Part shown: in pieces, positions 13,980-27,189 of the stretch
Numbering within the stretch: position 1 is the first letter of the stretch
Layout of the letters: each line of letters starts with the position of its first letter
Origin: Veleropilina oligotropha
Lineage: Eukaryota
DNA: 64,000 nt
Direction of reading: 5' to 3'
Assembly (NCBI GenBank): GCA_048128005.1
Contig: JBEUKZ010000077.1
Location: 186,001-250,000 of the forward strand
The notes under the pieces: generated by a model
Database searches by the model: none
What the model saw: only the letters and a program-made list of their open reading frames with translations
What the model was told of the DNA's origin: nothing
Made by a program: the position numbers and the translations under genes

Positions 13980-15734
13980 ACGGGGTGAGACGTACGCACT
14001 GCCGATACAGGCCTATATGTTTGTACGGGGTGAGACGTTCGCACTGCCGATACAGGCCTATATGTTTGTACGGGGTGAGACGTACGCACTGCCGATACAG
14101 GCCTATATGTTTGTACGGGGTGAGACGTACGCACTGCCGATACAGGCCTATATGTTTGTACGGGGTGAGACGTTCGCACTGCCGATACAGGCCTATATGT
14201 TTGTACGGGGTGAGACGTACGCACTGCCGATACAGGCCTATATGTTTGTACGGGGTGAGACGTTCGCACTGCCGATACAGGCCTATATGTTTGTACGGGG
14301 TGAGACGTTCGCACTGCCGATACAGGCCTATATGTTTGTACGGGGTGAGACGTTCGCACTGCCGATACAGGCCTATATGTTTGTACGGGGTGAGACGTAC
14401 GCACTGCCGATACAGGCCTATATGTTTGTACGGGGTGAGACGTACGCACTGCCGATACAGGCCTATATGTTTGTACGGGGTGAGACGTTCGCACTGCCGA
14501 TACAGGCCTATATGTTTGTACGGGGTGAGACGTTCGCACTGCCGATACAGGCCTATATGTTTGTACGGGGTGAGACGTACGCACTGCCGATACAGGCCTA
14601 TATGTTTGTACGGGGTGAGACGTACGCACTGCCGATACAGGCCTATATGTTTGTACGGGGTGAGACGTTCGCACTGCCGATACAGGCCTATATGTTTGTA
14701 CGGGGTGAGACGTTCGCACTGCCGATACAGGCCTATATGTTTGTACGGGGTGAGACGTTCGCACTGCCGATACAGGCCTATATGTTTGTACGGGGGGCGA
14801 CGTACGCACTGCCGATACAGGCCTATATGTTTGTACGGGGTGAGACGTTCGCACTGCCGATACAGGCCTATATGTTTGTACGGGGTGAGACGTACGCACT
14901 GCCGATACAGGCCTATATGTTTGTACGGGGTGAGACGTTCGCACTGCCGATACAGGCCTATATGTTTGTACGGGGTGAGACGTACGCACTGCCGATACAG
15001 GCATATATGTTTGTACGGGGTGAGACGTACGCACTGCCGATACAGGCCTATATGTTTGTACGGGGTGAGACGTTCGCACTGCCGATACAGGCCTATATGT
15101 TTGTACGGGGTGAGACGTTCGCACTGCCGATACAGGCCTATATGTTTGTACGGGGTGAGACGTACGCACTGCCGATACAGGCCTATATGTTTGTACGGGG
15201 TGAGACGTATGCACTGCCGATACAGGCCTATATGTTTGTACGGGGTGAGACGTACGCACTGCCGATACAGGCCTATATGTTTGTACGGGGTGAGATGTTC
15301 GCATTGCCGATACAGGCCTATATGTTTGTACGGGGTGAGACGTACGCACTGCCGATACAGGCCTATATGTTTGTACGGGGTGAGACGTACGCACTGCCGA
15401 TACAGGCCTATATGTTTGTACGGGGTGAGACGTTCGCATTGCCGATACAGGCCTATATGTTTGTACGGGGTGAGACGTTCGCACTGCCGATACAGGCCTA
15501 TATGTTTGTACGGGGTGAGACGTTCGCACTGCCGATACAGGCCTATATGTTTGTACGGGGTGAGACGTTCGCATTGCCGATACAGGCCTATATGTTTGTA
15601 CGGGGTGAGACGTTCGCATTGCCGATACAGGCCTATATGTTTGTACGGGGTGAGACGTACGCACTGCCGATACAGGCCTATATGTTTGTACGGGGTGCGA
15701 CGTACGCACTGCCGATACAGGCCTATATGTTTGT
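13980..15734. repeat. 45-bp minisatellite, 39 copies
   Basis: Unit acggggtgagacgt(a/t)cgcactgccgatacaggcctatatgtttgt; 1755 bp = 39 x 45. Confidence 0.99.
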
Positions 15735-16728
15735 CAGATCGGAAAAAACCTTAAACTCGTAAATCTGCACTCATTGATATTTCTGATATTATCGCCATTG
15801 TCATTGCTATTAAATGTATTCATTGTCTGTAAATTCCTAAACACAAAACAAATAGCAAACGTGTATGATTTTGTTTGCTTGCATACAGTTATCGATCATA
15901 TACAAATTTCACACAAAACTTTTTTATTTTTACATGCATTTTATCTGATATAATCAATAATTTCTACTAAAGTCACCAATATTGTCTATATCCATAAAAA
16001 TATATGTTTTACTTCTTATATACGGGCACTTTCTGAACTACATGACATTAGTAACTTAGTAAATAGTAATACCCGACTGGCCATAATTTTACTGGCCGAA
16101 TGCCTCACAAATACATATTATTTTATACAATTGTTTCGGCCAGCCTAGTTTATACAACGAATGTTTATACAAAAGGAAATGTTTGTTTTTGCCAGATGTG
16201 GCAACGACCTGACAAGTAACGAGCTCACCATAGTCATCAAGAAGAAGAAGTTTTATTATGTCCATAGGCCACAAGGCTTGGGACGATCAAATATAAATAC
16301 ATTGAGACTTGCATTATGTAAAAAGATATCAATGCATACAGTCGAGCAAGTAGCATGGATATATAAATTCCTTCGTAACAAAGAGAAACAATACGTTAAC
16401 CGTACATAATACTATTCCTATGTTTGAAAGCATGACTTATTGCCACTACTTTTATTTGTACTATTTACGTATTCATGCAAACGCAATTTTTACTGCACTT
16501 AATGTAACAACAAACAGGTACGATTGTTTTAAAATAACCAGTAGACATCCTATCATATCAAACGGTACACTTTTTGACAATGGATATTGATCTGTGCGCA
16601 TATCGGATGTTGATTGATTTATTTTACGGTATGTAAAAAGGTTTTGCTTTGCCCAATTAAAATTGTTATCAATATGCGCACTCATTACATTAATCACTGG
16701 GTAAAATGTAACTGACTTAACTGTTTTC

Positions 16729-19700
16729 ATGATGGTGTTATCTTTATTATTATTATGTGGTAATATCGAAAAAATCCCGGACCACATGAAGATCAAAAAT
16801 GAATACTGATAATTCATTTTTCACAATTATTCATCAAAATGTACGTAGTATACGACATAAAATCGCACAAATTTCATATTTTGCCACACAATATGACATT
16901 TTATGTTTTACTGAAAGTCATCTGGATCCTAATGTTTTAAGTGACGACATTATTATATATGGTTTCGATGTTCCTATTCGTAAAGACAGAACAAATCACG
17001 GCGGTGGTATTGTTATGTATTTTAAGGAAAACGTCCAATATAAAAGACGAACTGATTTGGAAGAAAAGTGCATTGAAATTATGTGGACTGAAGTAAATAT
17101 GAAATCAATTAAATATCTAATATGTACAGTGTATCGACCACCAAATGTGCAAGTATCATTTTGGCTTCTTTTAGAAAACAGTATATCAAACGCGCTAGAT
17201 ACTAACTTACCGATAATTTTGACTGGCGACTTCAATACTGACTTGCTAAATCCGCCAAATAATTTTCTCACTGATTGTATAAATATTTTAAATCTTAAAA
17301 ACATAATAAATGAACCCACCAGAATAACACCAAATTCATCAACTTTATTAGATCTTGTATCACATTTATCTTACTTTGACACCGGTATTGAAGATTATAA
17401 TATAAGCGACCACAAAGCAGTTTACATAACCTTGTGTACTAGTATTCCCAAATCTCTATGTTACACAAGGAAATTATGGATTTACCAGAAAATGGATGTG
17501 AACAAATTTAATATGATGTTACAGAGAATAGATTGGACATTAATGCTAAATCAAAACGAATATGTTAGCGAAACCGTTGACAATTTCATGAGAACTTTTC
17601 TATATATTGCCGCCGAATGTATTTCAACACAAATAGTAACTATCCGACCAAATGACAAGATTTGGTATACATCCGAAATTAGGAAACTTTCAAGAAAACG
17701 AGATCGATTGTATAAAAAGGCTCATGATACTAAACTGATTAAACACTGGAATTCTTTCAAGAAAATAAGGAATAAAGTTACAAATATATGATAAAATACC
17801 CAAAACTAAAATATGACGAAAATTTAGCTGATATCTTGGATCAAAACAAAAATGATCCAAAAACGTTTTGGATTTACATGAACAGTCTGATGAAAAGTAA
17901 ACCGACCTCTGAAATTCCTACCTTAATTTCTGCAGGAGCTCAAGATGCATTTTCTGATGTTGACAAGGCTAAACGTTTAAATGATTATTTTGCGTCCATA
18001 TGACGATAAATAAAATAATATGAAAATAAAAACATAGCGTTTATATTCTTGGATATCTCAAAACCATTCGATAAAGTATGGCATAAGGGATTATTATTTA
18101 AACTGGGGCAATACGGTATTGAAGGAAAACTCTTAGCCTGGATTGATAATTATTTAAATGAAAGCCAACAACAGGTTAGAATAAAAAAATCATTTATCAA
18201 ATTTCAATATGCTGAAATCGGGCGTACCCCAAGGATCCGTCTTAGGACCTTTACTATGTCTTATCTTTATAAACGACCTTCCTGAAATGATACAAAGGCC
18301 AACAAGAATATTTGCAGATGATACTTCTTTATTTAATATATCCAACTGTATTCATCAAATGGAATCGATGTTAAATAGAGATTTGCAAACAATTAGCACA
18401 TGGTCACACCAATGGCTAGTTACATTCAACCCTTCAAAAACTGAAGGTCTATTTATATCTAACAAAACGGTCCAAAGTCCTACATTGTTGTTTAATACAG
18501 AATCTATTCCATTTGTAAATGCACATAAACACTTGGGCATTACTTTGTCAAACACTGCAAAATGGTCGCTGTCATGCGAAAATTTAAATTTACGCTAAGT
18601 TTTGACAACTTATTAAAAATATATATAACATTCATACGACCAAAACTAGAATATGGATCTGAAATATGGGACGGTATGACAGAATATGAGAGCCACCGCC
18701 TTGATTTGATTGAAAACGAGGCTATGAGGATCGTCACTGGTCTATCTCGTTATGCATCTATTAATCATTTATATGAGGAAACTGGAATATGTTACAATAT
18801 GATGCCTAAAGTACTTAATGAGTAGATCTTTATTAATGGTTCATTACTATTGTATATGTTTTAATATTGAAATAATGTACTAATGACATCGCACTGAGCA
18901 CCCCTGCCAAAAGAGATTGATCTTGACCTGTGATCTAATATAATTGAGTGTATATTATTAATGATAACTAGTGGCCTGATAGTAGATATTGACGTCACGT
19001 AATTCTGGCATATTTATATAACTGAAAGAGATTAATGATGTTTAGTTCCGAGTTCAAAATGAATGACGCCCGTATTCCGTATTTATGAAACATAAGGTCA
19101 TAAGAGTCAATTCGTCACTCCGTGTCAAAATGCGTGTGAAACTAGCTGGACGAAACCAAAGCAGGCGGTCTGATTGGTTGAGACGAGGGTGGAAGAATTC
19201 GGTTTGGTGCCGGAGAGCGGCAGTCCTTACCTAGCCAACATCCTAGGGAGCACGTATACCTGTGCGGGGCTCAATTTTAAATATATACATATGTTTAGTT
19301 AGAATTTATATCTACGCTACTATTAACTTTCTCGACATGGATGTATACTATGTAATTTGTACCATGTTGTGGACTATATAAATGAATTGTCCAGAATCTA
19401 CAAATGCCTTTGTGATGCAGTAGGGAGATGTAAACCCAACGACTCCAGCGGATAGTGTCTTGTCACGGGGACGTTATCGCATACCACCGCATTCCGTCAT
19501 GGATAACACAACGGTCCTTTATGTTGGAATGACCAGAGTCGGCTGAGTAGAGACAGAAACATACGTAGATCCGTGTATACAGTCAGCTGGGAATGGCTTT
19601 AATACCAGCGGACCGTTTACACTCAATGTGATACCTAGACGACACGTGTAATGAAGACCAGTAACCTCCCATCGTTGTTCTCCGGACAAATAGAACTCCA

Positions 19701-20696
19701 GAGCAGACTATTGAACAATTAATCCCCATTAACACTGTAACGCGGTGACGGGCATTCCGCCAGTTCTTGAAGTCCGAACCGGTAGCTACATCGGCCCGCA
19801 GCGTAACAAATAGTGTCCTTAAAATCAAGACGAAAAAAGAAAAAGATGTGCATTCTTTATAAGATAATAAATAAAATGGCACCGGATTGTGTTAAATTTA
19901 CTTCCTCGCTATGTCAGTGACATGACATCCTATGCTTTGAGAAATAGAGGTGATTTTGTTCAAGTTCCTAGCAGGCTTGACATTGGTCGACGATATTTTT
20001 TCTCTTCTACTATTCGGTTATGGAACAGTATATCAGCGTCGATTAGAAACTCACCAACATTAGCTTCATTTAAAAAGGCTCACTCCAGAAAAGTCAAAAC
20101 CATCTTGCTACGTCACCAATTCCAGACGCCTTGACGTTATTCATAGAAAGCTACGTAGAAATTGCAGTGCTTTAAATTATGATCTTTATGCAAGCCACAT
20201 AATAGCATCTCCATCTTGCTCGTATGGGTTTCCCAATGAAACTGTCGAACATTATTTGTTGAATTGCGTAAATTATGCGAATGAACGAGCTTTACTTTTG
20301 AATAATTTGCGAAACTATGATTTATCATTGGATGTTCTATTAAATGGTATAAGTTCGTCGTCGGAAGAAACAAATAAAGAAATTTTCAATTATGTTCAAA
20401 ATTACATTAACACTACTCATAGATTTATTTAATTTGCTACGCACTAATATCATACAAGACTCCGGATATCGAATGAATGCAAACATTTGTCTTAATCAAT
20501 ACGTACCTGTTTGTTACACTATGTATACGATGTATTTCATTTTATTTCTTAAGTGCACATGATTTTGTTTACTTATGGCAATCCATCTTGTTTTTATGTA
20601 TAATCATTTATTTGGAGGAAAGGGTACACCGATCAGTTTCATAACTGTTTTCCTATTGTAAAAAATTTACAAATAAATACGTTTAAACAAAAAATA
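16729..20696 (+). mobile_element. Degenerate CR1-group LINE (APE + RT + C-terminal Zn finger), internally deleted and split by a solo LTR
   Basis: APE motifs HQNVRS, CFTESHL, VYRPP, GDFN, ISDH; RT motifs DISKPFDKV, GVPQGSVLGP, FADD; reading resumes after the LTR (ETG-IVSLKSRRKKKKMCILYKII); aataaa plus A-rich tail at ~20671-20695. Confidence 0.9.
18790..19808 (+). mobile_element. Solo LTR
   Basis: TGTTAC...GTAACA termini; 4-bp TSD AATA (18786-89 / 19809-12); homologous to the LTRs at 58913 and 62553. Confidence 0.92.
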
Positions 20697-21259
20697 AGTG
20701 TAATTTAAAAAAAGTTTAATAATATTAATATTAATACCAAGAATGCATTTATCGTTGTAAAACGTGTGTTTGATCCGTTCTTTTGCGAGGCAAGTGGCTT
20801 AAAACCTAATAGGCTAGTATAGTCCCAGCTAAAACATTTACAAATTATTTATCACATATCGAACTTATAATATATAGAGGAGTTATTATTGTAATAGATG
20901 TGGTTGAGTCAGTATTGAATACGTTATTATCTCTTAAAACGCTTTAAAAGTACGTGGTTTGCTAGATCAGCTAGAACCAGGCGTACGAAAAATGCAACTA
21001 GGCCTGATGCTGAGGCTACACATGTTGGGTGCCCAATCTCCAGCAGAGTTGTTTCCCTTCCCCTGTCGTGTATGGAGCACAATCGGCGCATGCGTGGAGA
21101 TTGATATCGACCCAACAGTAAGTAGAACTTGTAGCGCGCAGTCCACACGCACACACGAAAGCAAACATGGACTTTGGATTGCGCTGTAGGCTAGGCTACA
21201 TATTTACATTACATGACGTGGTCATTTAATTACTAGTATAAGTAACAGTATATAGGACA

Positions 21260-21485
21260 ATGTTGACCACTGTGTCGTTTTCTACGATAAACATGTTAGC
21301 ACCAATCGCTGCAAGATCTCTACAATACGCAAAACACGGCACATGGCTGCGACGCCTGCCTGCACTCGGGAACGGGCACGTTCAGTGTGCATCTGACGAG
21401 GCCAGGTCAAGAAATGATGGGGGCGACGCGGGGAGGGCCTCGTTAACATGGATGTATCCGCTAATCGGGCTGTCGGGCGCAGCAG
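21260..21485 (+). CDS. SUOX: Sulfite oxidase coding exon 1 (mitochondrial presequence; ATG at 21260 or 21293)
   Basis: MLAPIAARSLQYAKHGTWLRRLPAL...WMYPLIGLSGAA-G|gtatgc; phase-1 donor matches the phase-1 acceptor at 37883; the join gives hydrophobic segment WMYPLIGLSGAAGLLLLY followed by KKR. Confidence 0.75.
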
Positions 21486-21658
21486 GTATGCATCATGGCA
21501 ACTGGAGACTTCTCAGCGCAAGGTACTCCAACAACGTTAGAGCCTGCTAGTTCCTAATGGATTCTGGACCGTGCCCTGACTCAGGCGTACACTTGCCAGT
21601 TGTGCGCATGTCAGGCTGATGGGATCAACATCCGCTGACTGAGTGTGGCATTAATATA

Positions 21659-22103
21659 AGGAAGTGTCTATAGAACCGGATCCGGTTCCCGACTTTCTAA
21701 AACTAAAGAACCGGACCACCGCCACTTATTGGTCAAATATGTCACGTGCTAACTGTTCGATTCCAACATGGCTGCTGCAACTGTGCAGTTGCGTGTTGGC
21801 CTAAATTATACTAAATTATAGTAATACAAATGAATGCCCGATCAGGGCTTGAAGCCGCGTCATGGGCAAATATATAAGACATGGAGGTTTTAGTAGTTTT
21901 CTACACAAGACAATGTATATAAGATGGGCAGAATTCGGGCCGCAGGCCTAAAGAAGAAAAAACTCGTCCTGATTAATAACACTATAACACGTAAACCTCC
22001 GTCTGAAAGCGCGTGACACGTGACATATTTGACCAATAAGTGGCGGTCCGGTTCTTTAGTTTTAGAAAGTCAGAAGCCGGATCCGGTTCTATAGACACTT
22101 CCT
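21659..22103. mobile_element. MITE with ~90-bp TIRs
   Basis: aggaagtgtctatagaaccggatccgg...gtcacgtg / cacgtgac...ccggatccggttctatagacacttcct; flanked by taatata on both sides. Confidence 0.9.
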
Positions 22104-24697
22104 TAATATAATTAGGGTTCGGGTTAGTTTCAGTTCAGGGCACAGGGACTCTTAACACTCGCCGCTCGTTCGAGTGGCCGGCAGCCATCTTACATATAAA
22201 TAATAAAGGGAAGTAATGCACCAAAATGCATGCCTCGGCAGATAAACAGCTGTACCGTCCCGCTATCCCGAAATGGCAATATTTATATCAACCTTCGTCA
22301 AGACATGGCTACTCTTTCATTTCGTATATGTTATGATACAAACATTTAAGCAAAACTCTTTATTTTTACATTTATATGCGGAATATTGCCCAAAACGGCA
22401 CCTCGATCCCCTATCCGTCCGCCTAAATTGGGATTAAATTGAAAAATATCTGGCCCGGACCAACTGTCAACCAGTACAATCGCATAGAATCAATGAACAT
22501 ACATTTAGTTAAATATCTTAATCAATAATTCCAAAATATATCACACCAACACACTGTTTGAAGAACGATTTCAAAATTGGAGGCTCTTTCGCGGCTGGTT
22601 ATCGCCATGTTTACAGAAACGCCATTGAAATGCGAACGCTGGAAATAACGGAATATTATTGGTCGAAAATGATTTTTAAAATTTCTTTTAAAATTAATTC
22701 GTGCATGAAATCTGAATATTATGACATATCTTAATTAAAACAATTTACACGATACAAACTTAACGAGTTTGCAATTTATTCAACATTATTTAAACATTGC
22801 AGACAGCTGTCGTTCATCATCGGAAATGATTAAAATAGTTCGTCCTTTTTCGGGAGGTGAAATAATTACGGAAAAGCACGAATGAAAACACTATTCATAT
22901 GTGGACAGTAATAACACTTTGGTCGTTGTTTATTGGATATAGGGAAATCTTATTGGCCAATGATATCGTAGCTTTTATAAAACTTCGGTCGCGTTATTTG
23001 GTGCAGTATATGAATTGGTCTAAACACAAAATGGTGGTTGCGAGATAACTGGGTCACAGTAATTTTCGAAATTCCCCACATTCAGCCTGTAGGATGGATA
23101 TATTTTGGAATTATTGATTAAGATATTTAACTAAAGGTATGTTCATTGATTCTATGCGATTGTACTGGTTGACAGTTGGTCTGGGCCAGATATTTTTCAA
23201 TTTAATCCCAATTTAGGCGGACGGATAGGAGATCGAGGTGCCGTTTTGGGTAATATTCCGCATATAAATGTCAAAATAAAGAGTTTTGCTTAAATGTTTG
23301 TATCATAACCAGGCGCGGATCCAGGAATTTCGCTTAGGGGGGGCGCTGAATTTACTATCAACTGTTCGCGTGGGGGCGAGGCCCCACGCGAATGAAAATT
23401 TTGAGAATCAACAGCCTGAAACCCCCTCTCCTGCACTCTGACAGGGCAAAAGCGAGATTTCATTCTAACTTTTTATGAACCACCGTAACTCAAATAGCAC
23501 GAGTCAAATTTTTATTTTATTTTGTCATAATCGAATTGTCCGCGTAGGGTCGGCGCCCCACGCGCAAGAACATTTTGACAATTAACAATGTGAAATCCCC
23601 CCTCCTGCATTATTACATTGCAACAGCCTATATGTAGTTACAAACTTACTTACGTCCTTACTCTTGCCATAATAGTAATATTATCGCTAACCGGAAACAG
23701 TGAATAAGTCACATTATGCACTCTTTATAAGTCAAAACGTACCACGATCACCTCCCCTGCTCCCGCTCTCCTAAGTTCCCCCAGCGAGATCTCGCCAAGT
23801 CTCGCGAGACTTCCGAAGCATCGAAGTCACAAGACCTCAATTCAAAGTTTTCCGCGAAAACGGAAAGACGTGTTTTTTTGCTCCGCAAATCTTTCGACTT
23901 TGTCTTCGATTTTTAAGACGCTAATGCGTTAAGATCGAGGGCTATTATCGACAACTTTATAATAAGTTGTGAAGGATTATAACCCTGTGTTGTGGATATA
24001 TAAACACATGTGAATAGTGTTGATCTCGTTGATTTGAAGATTCGAAGTTCTAGAAAATCACCTGAAACCGACATCGCCGCTGTTGCAGGGAAAAGCATGG
24101 CCGCCTAGAGGGGAAAATTCGTAATTAAGAAGAAGTTTCTGGTCGGTATTATTATCTGATATTGTTTGAGACTGCAAACAGGTAACTCATTATATTGGAT
24201 AATTCCTTAACGACGCTATTGCTGGTTATTATTGTATAAAACTTCTAGCGTCGTTAATAGGCAGGATCGTTTAGATATCACGCTTGCGTTTTTCTGTTAT
24301 CCTGCCGTTTCTGGGATAATACACAATTGTACTAACATAAAAACATCCACGAGGTTTTCAGGTGTTTTTCTGGGCGGTTTTTTCTAAGAGAGAACCCCCG
24401 TTTGTTCTAGTCAATTTGCCTGGTTTTTTACCGGGTCGTGTCGGGTAAATACCCGGCCTCGGTGTTCCCAGCTCGGGTTTGCGGTATATCGTCTGATCTT
24501 TGATCTTCAGATCAGGGCAATTTTTAAGAGTTGTCGTAGTAAATAGTCACAACTACCAAATATATACTTTTCACTACCCCGTTCCGCCCACTACTACCCT
24601 CCCGTGTATTCAGGGAGAGGGATGTATGGTCCGGTGCAACTCCGGGTGTAACCCGTAGTTTCACGGATTTCTAGGCGCACGGAATGCCGTGTTCACC

Positions 24698-24742
<45 letters not shown>

Positions 24743-27189
24743 AACTGTGCCTAGATTTAACAGCAGGCAGTGGGCGAGCGTATATCCACCGAGGTGCGGA
24801 CCACGGTGGGTTCTCCCCCGAGATTGGACAAAATGGTAGGTTAACGGGAATTAACGTTTTTTTGTCTACTTCAGGGGTCGCTGGACGACAGTCGACCTTA
24901 AAAGGGGCCGTCTGTCGCCGATTCTACCGGCGTCACCTCCGCGACTCATAGGGAGTCGCCGTAACCTTGCCGGGACCCTAGATTCAGGTAGGAGCCCGAG
25001 TGCTGTTCGATCCTCCTAAAACGGGCCTAGTAACTGCAGCCAACCATACCTTGCCGGCTAGCATGGTATATCTGGCAACGCAGCGAACCGCTGAACAGGG
25101 CAGACAATCCCCATCCTTTTCTTCGGCCTCGAAGAATAAGGGGACAGTTAGTCCTTCTGCGGGAAACTCACCGTCTTCCTACGGTGACAGACTCAATGCA
25201 GAGAAAGCCTTTAAAGAGGCCGGGCACCTACTTGTAGGTCTAAGACTCGGACAATCGGCGACACCTGAATCCTCGTTCGAGACCGACGCGACTACCCCTA
25301 AGGGTTTTCCGCTCAACCTCGATGCTCACGAGCTTTTCAGAGGACCCGTTCTCTCCCGTGCACCCACGATGGTCACGCTAGAGAACGTGGACAGACCGGC
25401 TGCGTTCGGGACGGGGTTCTACGGCGGTTTTCCGACCGTGCCTCTCTCGAACAGAGTGGTAGACCGATACGGACTGTTGCCGCAGTCCTACCGGTCGTCC
25501 GGCCCACCGAACCTGCCTTCGGGCCGTTCTTTCGGGTTCGACCACTCGACACGTGTCCCGAGACCCTAAAACAAGGGTTCTCGGCTACACCTGTCCATGC
25601 AGCCCGTCTACCTAGCGCCACGGTGTATTCGACCGAACTACCGGCTGTTAGTTCGACGCCCGTCATGCCTCCGGGTTTCTCTTTCGAGAACGTCCAGGCT
25701 ATGTTCGCGGCGGAGTTCGAGTCCCGATGTCGGGCCTGGCAACCGGCTTCCTAGCCGCTCCAGGTACCTACACCTCTGCCTGTGGCGCAGAGCACGGCTC
25801 CTGCCTCCGTGGTGGGGATCGAACCTCGTTCCGACGAGGACCTCGACTCCACTCACTCCGACCTCCCTGTATCGGTCGGGCCCGAAGACGCTGGTAGTCT
25901 TCCAGGCACGCAGGAGCCGACCTCCACCACCCGCCGAACTCGACGCTGTTGCGTCACTTCGCGGGGTGCTTGACCTGCCGGAACCGACTCGGTCGTATGT
26001 AGGCCCGGTCAAGCACAGGACGGCGGCGCATCGGTTTGTTGAGAGGGAAGCCCCCTTGCTTCCTTCCTTACCTCAGTCTGGGCTGGTTGATCGGGTGTTG
26101 ACTCGACAACCAAGCTCAGTCGGGGGCGCAATCCGGTGGAGTCCTCCCCACTGACCGAGTACCCTTCGGGGTTCCGTAGTGGGAGGTACCTCCGGGCCAG
26201 TTCGCGTTCGATCCCGTTCGCATGTACTGGTCCGTGCCTGGCGACTGTGCCGGCTCGTGTTGACGCAGCGTTGCGTTGACTGACCGCCAGTCACACTCCC
26301 TCTGTAGCGAGAGTTCCTGGGTTCGCCTTGGAAGCTTTCGAGAGCTCCGCCCGATGGGCTCTGCGGCTGTCGTCCGTTCAGGATTTTTTCCTAGACGGGG
26401 CGATAGCCGTATTACAGGAGGATGGACCCGGCGCCCGTGGGCTGCCCTGTCCTTCCTCCAGGAGGTTGCTGCCGTTATGGAGACCAACGCGTTGGAGACG
26501 GGACGTGTCCTGGGTAACGCATTCCTACTTCGTAGGGTCGCTTACCTTGAAGGCACCTCGCTAGACGGGGCCACCCGGCGCTCGTTGCGATGCGTGCCTT
26601 GCTCGGCCACCACTCTTTTTGGCGACAACTTTACGGAGTTCGTCGACAAGAGAGCGGCGGACATGAAGGACCGTGCCATCGAGACGGCGGTACTGCACCC
26701 TACCCGGGGTCCACCTGCCGACTCGAGGAAGCGCTCAGGGCCCACCCGGACCCCGAAGCCTTCCAAGCGTGCAAAGCCCTCTTCGGGTGGTAGGCCCCCG
26801 GCCATTAACCCACTCCGAGGAGGCGAGCACCTCCAACAAGCTCCCGTCAGAGCGGGAGAGGGAAGCCTCGGCCCTCGGGCTGCCGGCACACACGACAGTC
26901 CCAGCTGCCCGCTTCCGCCGGTGGAAGCGTATCTGTTAGCGTACAGCCAGCCGTGGCTAGACTACCAGACAGTAGCTGGGTCCCTCCATCGTGAGTGCCG
27001 GATACAAGTTGGTTCAACCGGCATCCGACCCTAAACGAGGCACCACCACCAAGACACGCTCGCCTCCTAAACGGAGAGAAGCAAGCGGTCTTAGACCAGG
27101 CAGTGCGGGATTTGCTCCTAATAAGAGCGATATATCCCGCGCCGCCCAGCACACCAGGATAATACAGCCATTTCTTCCTGGTCCCGAAT

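Larger units (their letters stand above)
12282..16241. mobile_element. Foldback element with ~860-bp imperfect TIRs; the right TIR carries a 45-bp array
   Basis: 12282-13140 is the reverse complement of 13614-16241 once the array is collapsed; ends cttgatgactatggtg / caccatagtcatcaag. Confidence 0.9.

Noticed and set aside
13925..15762. ~590-aa repetitive ORFs, or a CRISPR-like array
   Set aside because: Pure 45-bp tandem repeat with no spacers and no cas genes; derived from a TIR segment
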